Shown here piece after piece: positions 26,169 through 39,149 of a stretch of 64,000 nucleotides of DNA; position 1 is the first letter of the stretch; each line of letters begins with the position of its first letter. The stretch is from Callorhinchus milii (Eukaryota), in contig NW_024704743.1 in assembly GCF_018977255.1 (NCBI RefSeq), positions 87,732,001-87,796,000 on the forward strand, given 5' to 3'. Under the pieces are notes generated by a model. The model saw only the letters and a program-made list of their open reading frames with translations, searched no databases and was not told the origin of the DNA. Made by a program: the position numbers and the translations under genes.

Positions 26169-26490
26169 GGAGTCCTGTAGCTCAGTGGTTAGAGCACTCG
26201 CTTTGCAAGCGAGAGACCTGAGTTCAATTCCAGGCAGAGGGCGAAACCTTGGGCAAGTTTCCTTACTCCACACGCCTAATAATAATCCCTCCAAAACAAA
26301 AAACAATAATAAATTGGTCATTTTCAATCTACGACTGTTTGTGGGACATTGCTGTGCGCAATTGGCTGCCGCGTTCGCCCACAAATATACAGTCAATTCA
26401 CTTTACAGTGTGTTCTGTGAAGCGCTTTGGGACGTCCTCCCGACGTGAAAAGCGCTATATCAAATGCAAGGATTATTATTATTATTATTA
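26169..26490 (+). mobile_element. Young full-length tRNA-Ala-derived SINE, TSD TTTGT
   Basis: A box TAGCTCAGTGG, anticodon arm CTCGC-TTTGCAA-GCGAG, B box GAGTTCAATTCC, Deu-like 3' part, L2-type hairpin, (TTA)n tail; TTTGT at 26164-26168 and 26491-26495. Confidence 0.95.
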
Positions 26491-26618
26491 TTTGTAAAAT
26501 TGAACTAATGAGTGTTTTTGATAAGGGCATCACAGGAACCCATCAGATCCAACCTTGATCATCAATAGCACAATTCAAAGGGTGAGGAACTACTAGGGTG
26601 TCAACCTGCCACAGATGG

Positions 26619-27015
26619 TAGTTCTCTCGTCTTTTCTAAGTCAGAGGTGGTGAGTCTGAGCCCCATTTTGGGATTTGGAACTCATATAATCTAGTCTGAC
26701 ACTCCGCTACTGGGGGGGCTGCATTGTTGGAAGTGCTATCATTCAGATGAAACATAAACCGAGATCTTGCCTGCTATTTTCTATATTAAAGTTCCCATGG
26801 CATTATTCAGAAAGAGAAGGAAGTTTCTCCCAGTATCCTGACCAACAATCTCTCAGATAAAAATGATCATTCACTTCATGATTGTTTGTGGGATATTGCT
26901 GTGTGCAAATTGGCTGCATTCTTCGACTAAAAATATAAATAAAAATATTCTACATAAATTCTATAAAGCTCTTTGAGATGTTCTGATGACATGATAAATG
27001 CAAACATTATTATTA
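26619..27015 (+). mobile_element. Old full-length Deu-domain SINE
   Basis: Head, GCTGCATTGTTGGAAGTGC core, GGGATATTGCTGTGTGCAAATTGGCTGC, and tail. Confidence 0.85.
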
Positions 27016-28059
27016 ATTTTTGTAACAGAATTGTACATGGATGTAATGGAGCTGAATGGCCAATGGGTGGTGATCATTTTTGTTGCAACACAGGACTTGG
27101 TTTTAGAAGGGCTTCACGAAAATTGCACTGCTTTAGAAACATTATATTGTTTAACAAACTCCTGCCTTGGTCTAGCAAATTATGCAAATAAGCTTGTTGA
27201 GTGCTAAAGATGTCGTAAATTTTTTCATTTATTTTTCAAACTGGCATTTGTCATCATTTTGTGAAGCATTTATTGAGTTGCATTTGTTTCATGGACAGTT
27301 TGATTGACAACTACTGTACAAGAGTAGAAGAAAACAAAGCAAATGTACATTTGTATTGCTGAAAGGGTGAAAGGATCCGTGAATAATAATTGTGGTGGGT
27401 TTACCAGAGTCCCTCTAAATGAACTAGTTTCTATTACCCTTGTTACTTCCATAGTAATGCATGAAAGGGGTTAGAAGTAAACCAATTTAGTTACAGAGGT
27501 CGAGACACGGCACATCTGAAACTCACTGCATGATTCTTAAGGTCAAGTGAAATCACAAAAGAAGAATAACAGCAAATGTCCAATTTTAGTGGAGAAAAAT
27601 GAGCAGAGGAGGAATTTCTTCACTCAGAGGGTGTTGCTTCACCACAGCTGGCTATTGAGACTGGATCAATAGAAGCATTCAAAAGCACCTGAGGAGTAAA
27701 AACATGGACTGATATGGGAGTGGGATTAATTTAAACTTGTAGGGTAAAAGAAGCAGGTGATGATTTGCCTAAATATAAGAATGTAAATAAAGAGGTTTGA
27801 AAAAAGAAAGATTAAAGGAGGCAAGAGAGAACTGGAAAAGAACATAGAGGCAAATGCAAAATATAATGCCCCAAAATGATTTGAATATTATCAACAACAA
27901 CTTGCACTTACATAGTGCCCCTCATGCTGGGTACTGCCCCAGAGTGCTCATCACAGTGAAAGGATGGTAAAGGAATGAAATGAGGTTGGAAAAGAGAATG
28001 AACAGGAGTGAACATATGAAATAACTACATTCTTAAGGTTTTACTCAGGGAGGAGACTA

Positions 28060-28270
28060 ACTACAACAACAACAACTTGCGATTATATAGCGCCCTCCAT
28101 ACAAGGTAGTGTCTCAGAGCGCTTAACAGTGGCAGAGCCTGACTCCAAGCTGGGGAGGAGGGGGGAGGTGGCCATAAGCACGGTCGAAGAGGAAGGTTTT
28201 CAGGTGGGGACTTGGAAAGGAGGAGGGAGAGCCAAGATGGAGAGATTGAGGGAGAGTGTTCCAGAGTTGA
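28060..28270 (-). mobile_element. L2 LINE 3' end
   Basis: (CAA)n-CTTGCGATTATATAGCGCCC tail followed by GGTCGAAGAGGAAGG...GTTCCAGAG. Confidence 0.8.
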
Positions 28271-28329
28271 AGTACATACCTAACACATGTAGCAATTATT
28301 GCTTAAGCTGTAGAACATTGATATAAGTG

Positions 28330-28950
28330 CAGCTGAGGTTCTAGACAGACTCAAGGGGCTGAAAAGAAAACCTGAAAAAGATCCAGGGGTGTTCATGTCA
28401 AACTACTTGTGAGGCAGCAACAGCAGGGCAAACTGGATGTTGGATTATATTGTCAAATCAGTTGAGTTCAGATCCCCCAGAAGTCATACTCTGTGCAGTA
28501 CACTGTTTAGGCTATACCTGGAGTACTGCATAGACTTCTGGTCACTGCAACATAAAGGGTCACCTAGGCCCTAGAGGCAATTTTAGAGCAATGATATCCG
28601 AGCAACAATTAGGTAAGATAAGTCTCTTCAGTATTGAAAGAAGATGTCTTATTTTAAATGGGATTGGGAAAGTAAGCTCAAACAATACTCCAGATGCACC
28701 GAGACAGCAGAACAATAAGACATTGAGTTAGGGTTGCAAAGGGGAATTTCAGGACAGGCACAGGGAAATATGTATTTGTCCAGAGGAGAATTAACAGCTG
28801 GAGTAGATTACCAAGAAAAGTGATCGAAGCCAAGACATTGCACTCATTTTTTAAAAAAAGCTTGATGTTTTCATGCAAGGACATTAGGGTGGAAGGATGA
28901 GATCAAATGGGTCAAAAGGTCTTTTTCATCCAAATGTCTCTTGTGATCTT
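28330..28950 (+). mobile_element. Degraded CR1 LINE 3' region
   Basis: CCTGGAGTACTGCATAGACTTCTGGTCAC (LEYC..FWSP), CTCTTCAGTATTGAAAGAAGA (LFS.ERR), and a CR1-type 3' UTR. Confidence 0.8.
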
Positions 28951-29164
28951 GTAGAATAAAGGTGATTTAGAAAACCAGACAGCACAGATACGATGAGCCA
29001 AATGGCCACTTTCTTTGCAGAAAATGTTTATGTACATAGCTATCCTTTTGAAACAAGAAATTCTTCGAAAAAAAAAGATTTTCCTATTAAACTGATAATG
29101 TGTCTGGCAAAAAAATGCGAGGCTGAACTGAAGCTGCCTTTTAATACCTTTACTTTTCAAAAAT

Positions 29165-29580
29165 GATAACATGCATTTATATAATGCCCTTCACATGGGG
29201 CAATCCCTTGGAGCACTTAACAGTGGTGCCAAGTCGGGGGTGGTGGGGGGATGGGGGAAGGTGATCATAAGCACGGTCAAAGAGGAAGGTCTCCAGGTTT
29301 TATTTGCAAAAGGGCAAGGCAGAGTGATTGAGGGAGAGAGTTTCAAAGTTTTGGGGCATAAAGGCTGAAAGCACGGCCGCCGATAATGGAGCAGAGAGGA
29401 AGAGGGACAAGCAGGAGGTCGGAGCCAGCTGAGCAGATGTTGTGGGTGGCAAAGTGGGGAGTAAGCAGGTCAAAGAGGGCATGAAGGGATTTGTAAATGA
29501 GTGTGAGGGTCTTGAAGTTGGTCCATTCTGTGATAGGGAGCTAGTGGAGCCTGGCAAGTACTAGTGTGATGGGGGTATGG
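29165..29580 (-). mobile_element. L2 LINE 3' fragment
   Basis: Tail ATGCATTTATATAATGCCC, GGCTGAAAGC (AFS motif) and GAGGGTCTTGAAG on the reverse strand. Confidence 0.8.
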
Positions 29581-30224
29581 AGCACTAGTCTGTGCTGATG
29601 ACTCCCCTTGAGGCATGCCTCAGATAATGGGCTCACTGGGTGGATAGAGCAGAAGCAAACCCAAGTCTTCTTTCACTGAAGCACAGCATGCTGCTCCATC
29701 AATGTGATGCTCTGTCCGACCACCTAATGAGTCCCTTTGTAAACAAGTGTACAGTGTTCAAAGGTTACAAATACGGAAGATGTGCCTTTGGTTTAACATC
29801 AAGCTCTGAGTGTTTCTCTTGTTTTCAGTTACTTCATCTATATTACTGACCAAACTGATAGCATTACATAATTAAACAATTAATTTGACAACAAGGGAGA
29901 CAGAGTTGTTTTGATCACACAGGTTATGAGATATCCTGGAGTCAGAATTTTGTTATTGGAACACAAGCTGTCCCATCAGATGATCAGAGAGCTGTTACCT
30001 TGGGAATTTCTTATAAAGATAAAAACAGGACATCATGGAATGAACAGTCCAAGATGAATTTTCCACTTGCACCTTTGATTCCTTCCAAATGATCTTTTGT
30101 TTGTGGAACTGTCTGATCTTAGACCTTTATGAGTATTTGGTCTTAAAATTTAAGAGTGTGGTGAATTCAGTGTTCACTTTGAAGCTATTTTTTTTCCAAA
30201 CTTCTTAAATCCATAAATTCACTT

Positions 30225-30645
30225 CCCTCTGAGTGAAGAAATGTTTCCTCAACTCTGTTCTAAAAGGCTGACCCTTAATTTTAAGACTGTAACCCCTGAT
30301 TATAGATTCTCCTACCAGGGGAAACAGACCCTCAGTGTCTACTTTATCAGCCCTTTAAGAATCTTATATGGTTCAATAAGATCTCCCCTAATTCTTCTGT
30401 ACTCTAGAGAATATAGCCCTAGTTTATTCAGCCTATCCTCATAGGTCAGTCCCCTCATCCCAGGAACTAACCGAGTGAATCTACGCTGCACTCCCTCTAG
30501 GGCAAGTATGTCCTTTTTTAAATAAGGAGACCAAAACTGCACACAATACTCTAGGCGCGGTCTCACCAACAAGACTTCCCTACTCTTGTACTCTAAACCT
30601 TTTGCAATGAACGCTAACATGCCATTCGCCTTCTTAGTTGCTTGC
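30225..30645 (-). pseudogene. CR1 LINE ORF2 C-terminal fragment
   Basis: [10 protein letters not shown]...[35 protein letters not shown]...[17 protein letters not shown]. Confidence 0.95.
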
Positions 30646-32400
30646 TTTAAAGTTGTTATCGAATCGGCCTTGACCATCCTTTCAGGCAATGTGTTCCAGA
30701 TTCGAACCACTTGCTGCGTGAAAAAAATTCTTCTCACGTCCCCTCTGCCTTCTTTTAGAAACTATTTTAAAGCTGTGACGTCGAGTCACCACACACCCAT
30801 CAGTGGAACAGTTTTTCCCTTTCTAACCTATCAAATCCCCTCATGATTTTGAAGACCTCTATTACATCTCCTCGTAACCTTCTCTGCTACAATGAGAATA
30901 ATCCCAGCCTCTCTAGCCTTTCCCCATAATCAAGGTCCCTCATTCCTGGTACCATCCTTGTAAATATTCTCTGCACCCTTTCCAATGCCTTAACATCCTT
31001 CCTATAGTGTGGTGCCCAGAACTGGGCACAGTATTCTAACTGAGGCCTAACCAGTGTTTTATATAGGTTAATCATAACCTCCTGACTCTTGTACTCTATG
31101 CCCCTATTTATAAAGCCTAATATCTCATATGCCCTTTTTACAGCTTTATCTACCTGTCCTGCCATCTTCAAGGATTCATTTGCCTGCACCCCCAGGTCTC
31201 TCTGTTCCTTCACCCCCACTTAAGATTGTATTACCAGCCTATATTGCCTCCGCTCATTCTTTCTTCCAAAATGCATTACCTCGCATTTCTTCACATTGAA
31301 ATTCATCTGCCATATGTCTGCCCATTTTACCATTCTGTCTATATCTTCCTGCAGTTGGCTACTATCCTTCTCACTGTTTACTACCCTACCTAACTTTTCT
31401 GCTGTCTGCAAACTTAGAAATGGTACTTGCTATACCCAAGTCCAGATCATTTATATATATTAAGAGCAGTGATTCCAATACCGATCCCTGGGGGATGCCA
31501 CTGTACACTTCCCTCCAGTCAGAAAAACAGCCGTTCACCACAACTCTCTGCTTTCCGTCTCCCAGCCAGTTTTGGATCCATGCTGCCACTGTCCCTTTTA
31601 TACTATGGGCTTCTATTTTTCTTACAAGTCTTTCATGTGGCACTTTGTCAAATGCCTTTTGAAAGTCCATATAAACTACATCAACTGCACTACCTTCATC
31701 CACCCTCTCCGTTCCCTCATCGAAAAATTCTATTAGATTTGTTAGACAAGATATGCCTTTAACAAATCCATGTTGGCTGACCCTAATTAACCCATATTCT
31801 TCAAAGTGAAGATTTATTCTGTCCTGGATTATAGTCTCCAGGAGTTTCCCCACTACTGATGTTAGGCTGACTGGCCTGTAGTTCCCAGGTTTGTCCTTCT
31901 GTCCCTTTTTGTACAGGGGAGTAACATTAGCCACTCTCCAGTTCTCTGGCACCACCCCTGTGTCCAACGAAGATTGAAAAATTGTAGCCAAAGCCTCCGC
32001 TACTTGTACCCTTGCCTCCGATAGTAACCTTGGCTTCATCTCGTCCGGACCAGGCGACTTATCTATCTTGAGCCCAGTCAACCTTTTCAGTACTTTCTCT
32101 CTGTTTATACTTATCCTATTCATTTCCTCTACCCTCTCCTCCGATACTGCGGCATTTGGTGCATCCACTTCTTTAGTGAAGACAGATGCAAAGTACTCAT
32201 TCAGTACATCAGCTATGCCCTCTGCCTCCACAATAAGATTTCCGCCTTGGTCCTTAATTGGCCCCACCCTACCTTTGACTAACCTCTTTTTCTTGATAAT
32301 TTTAATATAATTTTAATATTACTCGCTGACTTTTTTTTGTATAATCTTTTTGCCCTCATTATTTCCTTTTTCAGTTCTCTTCTGTACTTCCTATCTTCTA
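30646..32400 (-). pseudogene. CR1 LINE ORF2 with RT domain, frameshifted and 5'-truncated
   Basis: KSPGPD, PGNYRPVSLTS, QHGF, YMDFQKAFDKVPH, GIPQGSVL, SKFAD (broken), FNVKKC, LEYCAQFWAP in successive frames. Confidence 0.97.
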
Positions 32401-34419
32401 TTTTACAATTCAAGACAGACTTGTCTTATAAGCTAAGATCAAGTAAAATTTCAGGCCAATAGAATTAAATAAAAGGACTCTCCAGGCAGTGCTTATTTGC
32501 ACAGAGTTGTTCCTTCAGTATGTCCCATTGCTTTTTAATATTAAAATTTGGAGAAGATAACAGTGCATTGTTTACAACATCAGTGGTTCATTACCCCTGT
32601 ATTACAAGCACCTACAACTGCTCATTAAAATAATCATAACAAATCAACTGTGGAGTAACAATCATGATTTTGTTCTTGAGGGATATGTTGTTATAACTAG
32701 TTATTTGTCATCCTAATATGTGTGCTGTGATGTCTTCCATTTGCTGGGCTGCTTTTGCCTGAGTAGTTTGCTATCCAGTTACTAGTTTTCTCCCCTACCT
32801 TACCAATGCACTGGAAGGCGTTTCCATTAGATGAAAGGCAATAAGAATAATCTATTTATTTTCTTTCACTTCAGTACAATGTACTCTAGCAGTATGTTAT
32901 AAAAAAGAAGCTTTATGTGGTTTAATTAATGGTGCCATTCTAGCAGTGCTTATTATAATTAGAGATTGTGATATACCAGCAAGTGGCATAGTGAGGAGCT
33001 GTTCCACTTTCCATAGTTACTGTTTTGAGATGAGCTTTCATCACTTAAGGATTATTTGACAGTGCTCCAGATAGTCTGTTTATATTTTGCCACAATTAAT
33101 TGAACAGGGTATTGAATAAGAATAAATAAGAGGCACATGTTGAAGATGTCCAGCTTTGGACTCACACACATGGAATAAGTGACAAGCACATGCCTGCAAC
33201 ATTGATTACACAGGAGGCACAGAGATCACTGTGTCCCATAGAGTATTTATTCATCTCAATCTGTAGTTATCCCATAGGGAAAATAGCTGTGGAGGATTTA
33301 AGAATAAGTAATACTTCAATCAAATTAGAAGTGCAGAATATAAAATTTGCTGGCAGCTAATGCATTACTTACTCCTGTATCCTTCCAATACAGTTCTGAA
33401 ATGAATACTCACCCAGTTCTGTTTTGAAGGAGTCACTAAAAGCTGGGCAAGAAGTTGCATTGCACCACTGCCCTCGATGCTGGTTTAAAAAAACAATTCA
33501 CTATCACATTATGTCACAATTTTCACAGGGTTATTTGTTTAACATGCTAAGCTGGTATTTAGAAAAGGTTAGTTCAGTCTGGTAGTTTTGTGTAGACACC
33601 ATTCAAAGCTTGAGAGCCTAGGAGTGAAGTGTGCATCTTTTTCATCTTAGGCAAGAAGAGATCTGACTGATCATCTCCCGAGCGAGCATTTAAAATAATA
33701 ATAATCCTTTCATTTGATATAGTGCCTTTCGAGTTGGAAGGACATCTCAAAGTGCGTTGCAGGATTTACTGTAAAGTGTAGTGATTGTATTTGATGTACA
33801 ATTGCTAGTCATCCACTGTCCATGGTTGTGCTTTCTCATGAGGTCTTTTACAAAAGGCCAGCACCATTTTTCCATTCAGTGGGAAGCTGAGCCCAAGTAG
33901 CACTTCAAAGGAGCAAAGCTAGTAAGTTTAGCCCAATGTACATTTATAATAGGAAATCCTACTGCAGCAAACACCACCAAAGCATGCCAAAATTACATAC
34001 ACACTGAAAATCATTGCATTAGCAAAACTTTTCATGAAGATAATGGTCACATGCTTTTCATAAAATACTGTATGTTCTACAACAACAATTTGCATTTACA
34101 TAGCACCCTTCATGCAGGACAGTATCTCGAGGAGCAGGATTGGTTGCCGAACATAGGGGAAAGGGGGTTAGAGAGCTGACCAGACGCCATGGTCAAAAAG
34201 GAAATCTTAAGATAGGATTTAAGATAGAGGTTGGAGGCAGAGGGATTGAAGCAGAGAGTTCCAGAGGTTCAGGGGGAGTGAGGTTATCTAATCATTCGTT
34301 AATATTAATGTCCTTTTATTGTCTGTATAACGATTTATTTTCACTTCATAGTTGTTTGTGGGACATTGCTGTGCAAAAATTGTCTCCCACTTCGGCTTTC
34401 ACCTGCAAAATACAAAAAG

Positions 34420-34980
34420 GAGTTCCTGGTACATACCATCCACCTCGCTTATCAGATGTCGAATGACCAAATAGTGACTATCCTTCTTGGGGGGGCAGTA
34501 AGCAGGCTCTCCTTGAAGCTGAACTGGCTCCAAGATGACATGCCTGGCAAAGAACGTTGAAATCGAGCCAGTCCTCTGTTGCGATCTCGGTAATCCGGTT
34601 CCTGAGCCAAGCGGGTCCGCAGTATTCCAGGGCACTGCTGATGACAGCACAGCCCAGCCTGGCTCATTGGCAGGACCTGGAAGGGCAGACTAGTCACTGG
34701 GGGCAGGGAATCATCCCACTCAGCTCCTGTTAACCGTGCAAGCCAAAGCCCTAACGGGTAGGATGGCCCAAGCAAGACAAGCGGTGGGAAAGCTTGCCGA
34801 ACTGCAATATGAATGGCAAGCTATGCGATTTTAGCTGGTTAGACTCCAACAGTATCCCAACACGCACTCTGGGGTCCCCAAGCCTTGGTTCTTACCAACC
34901 TGTGCCTAATACTTTCCAGAATTAGGTAAGCAGGATGCATCCCTCCAGGGAGAGAGTGCGCATTCCATTCCAACAATCTA
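34420..34980. repeat. Unclassified GC-rich interspersed repeat, longest copy
   Basis: Homologous pieces at 12455-12790 and ~20545-20695; CpG-retaining. Confidence 0.75.
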
Positions 34981-35199
34981 TCTCTGGGATTTCCATGTGT
35001 AGTGGGATCCATGGAAATCTCAGTTTGGTTTGGATAATCTTAAGCATGGTGATGGGTTTCTGTATGTGTCAGACACCCAGTTGACCAAAACAAAATCCTG
35101 TGAAGCACATTGAAATATTCTCACAAAGTGAAAAGGTGAAATATCAAATGCAAGAATTATTTTAATATAAGTGATTAACATAACACTCCTGCCTGAAAA

Positions 35200-35960
35200 T
35201 GGTTGAAAGTTGAGCAAAGGGCAACGTTTAGATTGCTTGCTTTTTGTGACATTGTGTTGCTATTTTAATTAGAATAAATCCTGCATCACAGCCTAAAAGA
35301 AGTCAATTTAATTAATATGCACTGATGCAAATTGCACATTGACAGTTTTCATGCAGAGTTTGCTTCTGCCTCCACACAGGCATCAAGCAGGCACCATCGC
35401 GGGCAGGTGTAATCATCATGTGAGCAACCCCAGAAGCNTTTTTTCCTCTCTCATTCAGTCTTTTCCCCAAGCAACTAATTTAAAATTCAGACAAACCACA
35501 AAAGCCCTCGCAGAACAATGGCTGGGCATTTCTAGAGCAGTCATGGCCTGAAGGTATGGAAAGTCAAGACAGGTGGTCCTTTTTCTCTATGTTCTCTTCC
35601 CCCAACCCCCCTTGAATGGGATGCTGAGAACCTGATTTGCCATGGAAGTTCAAAGGGTCACACGTTGGTTTAAAAAAAACACTGTTGAAAAGAAGAAAGC
35701 TGATCTGCCTAATGATTGCCACAAATATTAAGGAAGCCGTTTCTTCCAGAAAAATCTACCTGCCGTTGGCCTCTGAGGGCTGTCAGCCAACCAATGCTAC
35801 TTGTCCCAGTTCTGTTTACTGGCTTCAGGCAGAATCCCGCAACCATTTCGCTGCTACAGTGCAGTAGGTAACTGCTGACGGTGTAATAGGTGAGGCCTGA
35901 AGCTGCCCATTGTATAGAGTGAGTCAAATAGTTCAATTAATGGCAGGTGTTTCAAGGACC
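35200..35960. promoter_or_regulatory. Candidate conserved non-coding element / enhancer
   Basis: Repeat-free; TTAATTAG and TTAATTAAT, octamer ATGCAAAT (35325-35332) next to TGACAG (35340-35345). Conservation not checked. Confidence 0.35.
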
Positions 35961-35980
35961 AATGCTACCGCAATGAGAAC

Positions 35981-36070
35981 AGGTCACAGGGGGTCACAAG
36001 GTGTCACACAGTGTCACAAGATGTCACACAAGGTCACCCAGTGTGCTGTAGTCAAGAGTTACACAGAGTG
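35981..36070. repeat. 10-bp minisatellite
   Basis: GGTCACAGGG / GGTCACAAG / TGTCACACAG / TGTCACAAGA units. Confidence 0.85.
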
Positions 36071-37009
36071 ATGTCCCCCAATCATTTACACAGTGTGAGG
36101 AGGCTCAGTCAATGTTAAAGGTGAGGAGAGTTGCGGTGATGGTATCAGGATCTCATTGGTAAACAGGAATTTCTGATCCTCAACTCACTCTCCTGGTGAC
36201 ACATGCCCTTTTCAGGCCATTTCCGCTTTACAGTAATTTCCCCTGAACATGGAATAGCAACAACATACTGGCCAAGCCCTCGAGAGAGCAATTTCTGTAA
36301 TGAGCACTTTTTTGTGGCAAAATCCTTCTTGCTTTGAAAGGGAATTCAACAGTGTGTTGAATCCTTCAACTCAATAATTCGTAGAATCATTCAGTGCGTT
36401 TGTGTTTACAGGTAGCAGCAACCTCGCTGCTGTGATGCTGATTACAAGCTGTGCAATCGGCAATAACCACATAGCAAGATTGAGGCGACCGTCATGCACA
36501 ACTGTAGTCTTCATCTCATGTGCAAATATGAAAGTATCAGAGGAAATTTCCTTACACAGAGGATTGTAAAAATGTGCAATGCACTGGTCCAAATGCCATT
36601 AAAGGAAGAATCTATTGGTGATGATGAGATGCAGATAGATAATTATTTAGGAAGGATATTACGGAGAAAAGGCAGGGAATATAATAATAATAATTCTTAT
36701 ATTTCATATGGCGCCCATCACATTGGGGAGAATGTTTTAAAACATTTCACAGGACATGCTAAAGTGTAGTGGCCTTAGTTTTCAGCACAGGGCAGACATC
36801 TGCTGACCCATGGGAAACATTGGATGATGATCTGAAAAGAAATACTCAAATTGATATTTTAGAATATTATGTAAGAAAACATGACACCCAGTCTAGACCA
36901 GCAGATTAAACATCAGGTGAAATTAAAATTGGGGAAGCAGAAAATAAAAGGAAGAAAGAACAAAAATGAATGAAAATGGTGATAACTAAGATGAGAGACC
37001 AACATGTTT

Positions 37010-37272
37010 GTCGAGGTGGATATTAAATATCTCATGGCACTCTTTGAAAAGTGAAGGGAGCTTTTCCTGGTGTCCTGGCCAACAATCCCCCAGATAAAAA
37101 TTGGTCATTCATTTTGTGATTATTTCTGGGATATTGCTGTCACAAATTGCCTGCCATACTTCCTGACAAATACAGTCAATAAACTTTACAGTAAATCCCG
37201 AGAAGCACTTTGAGATGCTTCAATGTCATGAGATGTGCTACATGAAATGCAAGAATTATTATTAATATTACT
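37010..37272 (+). mobile_element. Deu-domain SINE, 3' part
   Basis: GGTGTCCTGGCCAACAATCCCCCAGATAAAAATTGGTCATTC...GCAAGAATTATTATT. Confidence 0.85.
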
Positions 37273-38060
37273 ATTTAACTGAATAATATATATCTTGATG
37301 ACAATGTTCCTAGAGTGGGTTTAATCTGAAGATTGCTGATGTTCTGTGCACTTCTCCAGTGATCAATAGATATTCTTCATGGTCAGAAAAAGCTTCTAAG
37401 CAAAGAATAATTCTTAAAGGTTCCATATCATACAGGAATCTAAGTATGATTTCACAATGGAGTGGTACACAATTTTAAGAGGTTTGGGAATAAGATGAAA
37501 AACAATTAACCCAAGAGGTCCATGGTACTAAATCTCATTTGCCTGCCTTCTCACCATAACCATTAACTCTCCAGAAACACATCTAATTGCCTCCTGAACC
37601 CATTTCTATTATTCATTCCATTAGCCTTCTCTGGTAACTCATGCAATAAGTCTATAAGTTCTGCCTGACTTCTTTCTTATTCCGAAATTCCCAAATTTGA
37701 ATTTCTGTTCCCAATTATTTGAATCCACCACCAAAACAATTTGCCTGCATGAATTTAAGCAGTTACATAGGGTAATTCCTTCAATTAGCATGATTTAGTG
37801 TCTTCTCTTTTCCATTGAGAGCATTTTCCTTACGTTTCACTCATAACTTCAGTTCCTGATTCTCCAAATGCTTCAGCTCACCTCAGTAGCCTCTTAAGGG
37901 TAATAAAATCTCTCCCTGTACTCAGACTGTAGCAGGAATTCATCAATCAACAGTAAACTTACCGAGCTTGGAGAGTGAGCGCATTTTATCCTCTGCTGGA
38001 TAGTCAATTTACCAATCTGGTAATGTGGGTTTCTGTGTAGACTGATGTAAACAACAAGAA

Positions 38061-38290
38061 GTCTGAAAATCTGACCAGTCTTAGCCCTGAAGCCTACTCA
38101 TTTTAAAAATGTAAATGCACAGAAGGTGCAGAATTGCGAAAAAATTCTCAAATTTGGAATTAAATTGAAAGTTGACCTTTTTGAAGATCGGGGGAAAACT
38201 GCCTTCCAAATTAAGGTTGAATTGAAGCATTTTCCACAATTCTGACTGACCTTAAATATTTGTCTAAGGCGAGGTGGTATTTCTTGCCTA
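38061..38290. mobile_element. Palindromic MITE-family copy
   Basis: CTGAAAATCTGACCAGTCTTAG...CTAAGGCGAGGTGGTATTTC ends; internal CAGAATTGCGAAAAA / TTTTTCCACAATTCTG inverted pair. Confidence 0.6.
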
Positions 38291-38380
38291 GACTGGTAAA
38301 TTTATGAACCAGTAGAGCATAACACAGTTGCATTTAATGACGTGCACACTCTGTCCTTTCTTCAACAGTTCTTTCTTCAT

Positions 38381-38698
38381 GGAGTCCTGTAGCTCAGTGG
38401 TTAGAGCAGTTGCCTTGCAAGCGAGACAGCTGGGTTCAATTCCAGGTAGGACGAAACCTTGGGCAAGGTTCCTTACTCCCCACGCCTGATAATAATCCAT
38501 CAAAAAACAAAACAATAATAAATAGGTCATTTTTAATCCACGACTGTTTGTGGGAAACTGCTGTGTGCGATTGGCTGCTGTGTTTCGCCCACAAATATAT
38601 GGTCAATTCACTTTACAGCATATTCTGTGAAACACTTTGAGACATCTAGAAGACATGAAAAGTGCTATATCAAATGCAAGGATTAATATTATTATTAT
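38381..38698 (+). mobile_element. Full-length tRNA-Ala-derived SINE
   Basis: Colinear with 26169-26490 from GGAGTCCTGTAGCTCAGTGG to the tail. Confidence 0.95.
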
Positions 38699-38711
38699 AA
38701 CAAGGTATGCT

Positions 38712-38970
38712 TAACAGATACTCACACCTCACCATTATTCAGGAGAAACTGTTCTTTTTGAATCGTGCCATGAAATCTTGAACATCCACCCAAACAGCCA
38801 GACAAGACCCTGGTTTAAAGTCTTATCCAAAGGATGGTACCTTCAACAAAGCAAGCTTTCCAGCACTGTATTGGAGTTTCACACTAGACAATGTCAGTTC
38901 AAAGTCTATATGGTGCTTCAACCTACAACCTTCTGACTCAAAGACGAGAATGCTGCTAATGGAACGAAGC
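38712..38970 (-). mobile_element. Old Deu SINE, 5' half
   Basis: GTGCCATGAAATCTTGAACATCCACC...CCTTCTGACTCAAAGACGAGAATGCT. Confidence 0.8.
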
Positions 38971-39149
38971 AGAAACACATAAGTAATTTCATAAGTAAGT
39001 GTTGGCTGAAAAGATTACTTCCTCCTAGTTGCAGAGGCTTTTTACGCCTCATATCTAAGAACACATGGTTCTACAATATGTGAAACATTTCAACCACAAC
39101 ATGTTACTGGGTCAGGAAGATAGCGATCTTGTGAATAATTCCAATAGAT

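Noticed and set aside
26169..26245. tRNA-Ala gene
   Set aside because: No proper acceptor stem or terminator; it continues into a SINE body with tail and TSD. The same applies at 38381, 52196 and 57824.
34630..34700. Hammerhead ribozyme at CTGATGA
   Set aside because: No stem II followed by GAAA in either copy.
35438..35438. Ambiguous base N
   Set aside because: Assembly ambiguity, not biology.
35981..36070. CRISPR-like array
   Set aside because: Simple 10-bp minisatellite with no spacers, in eukaryotic DNA.
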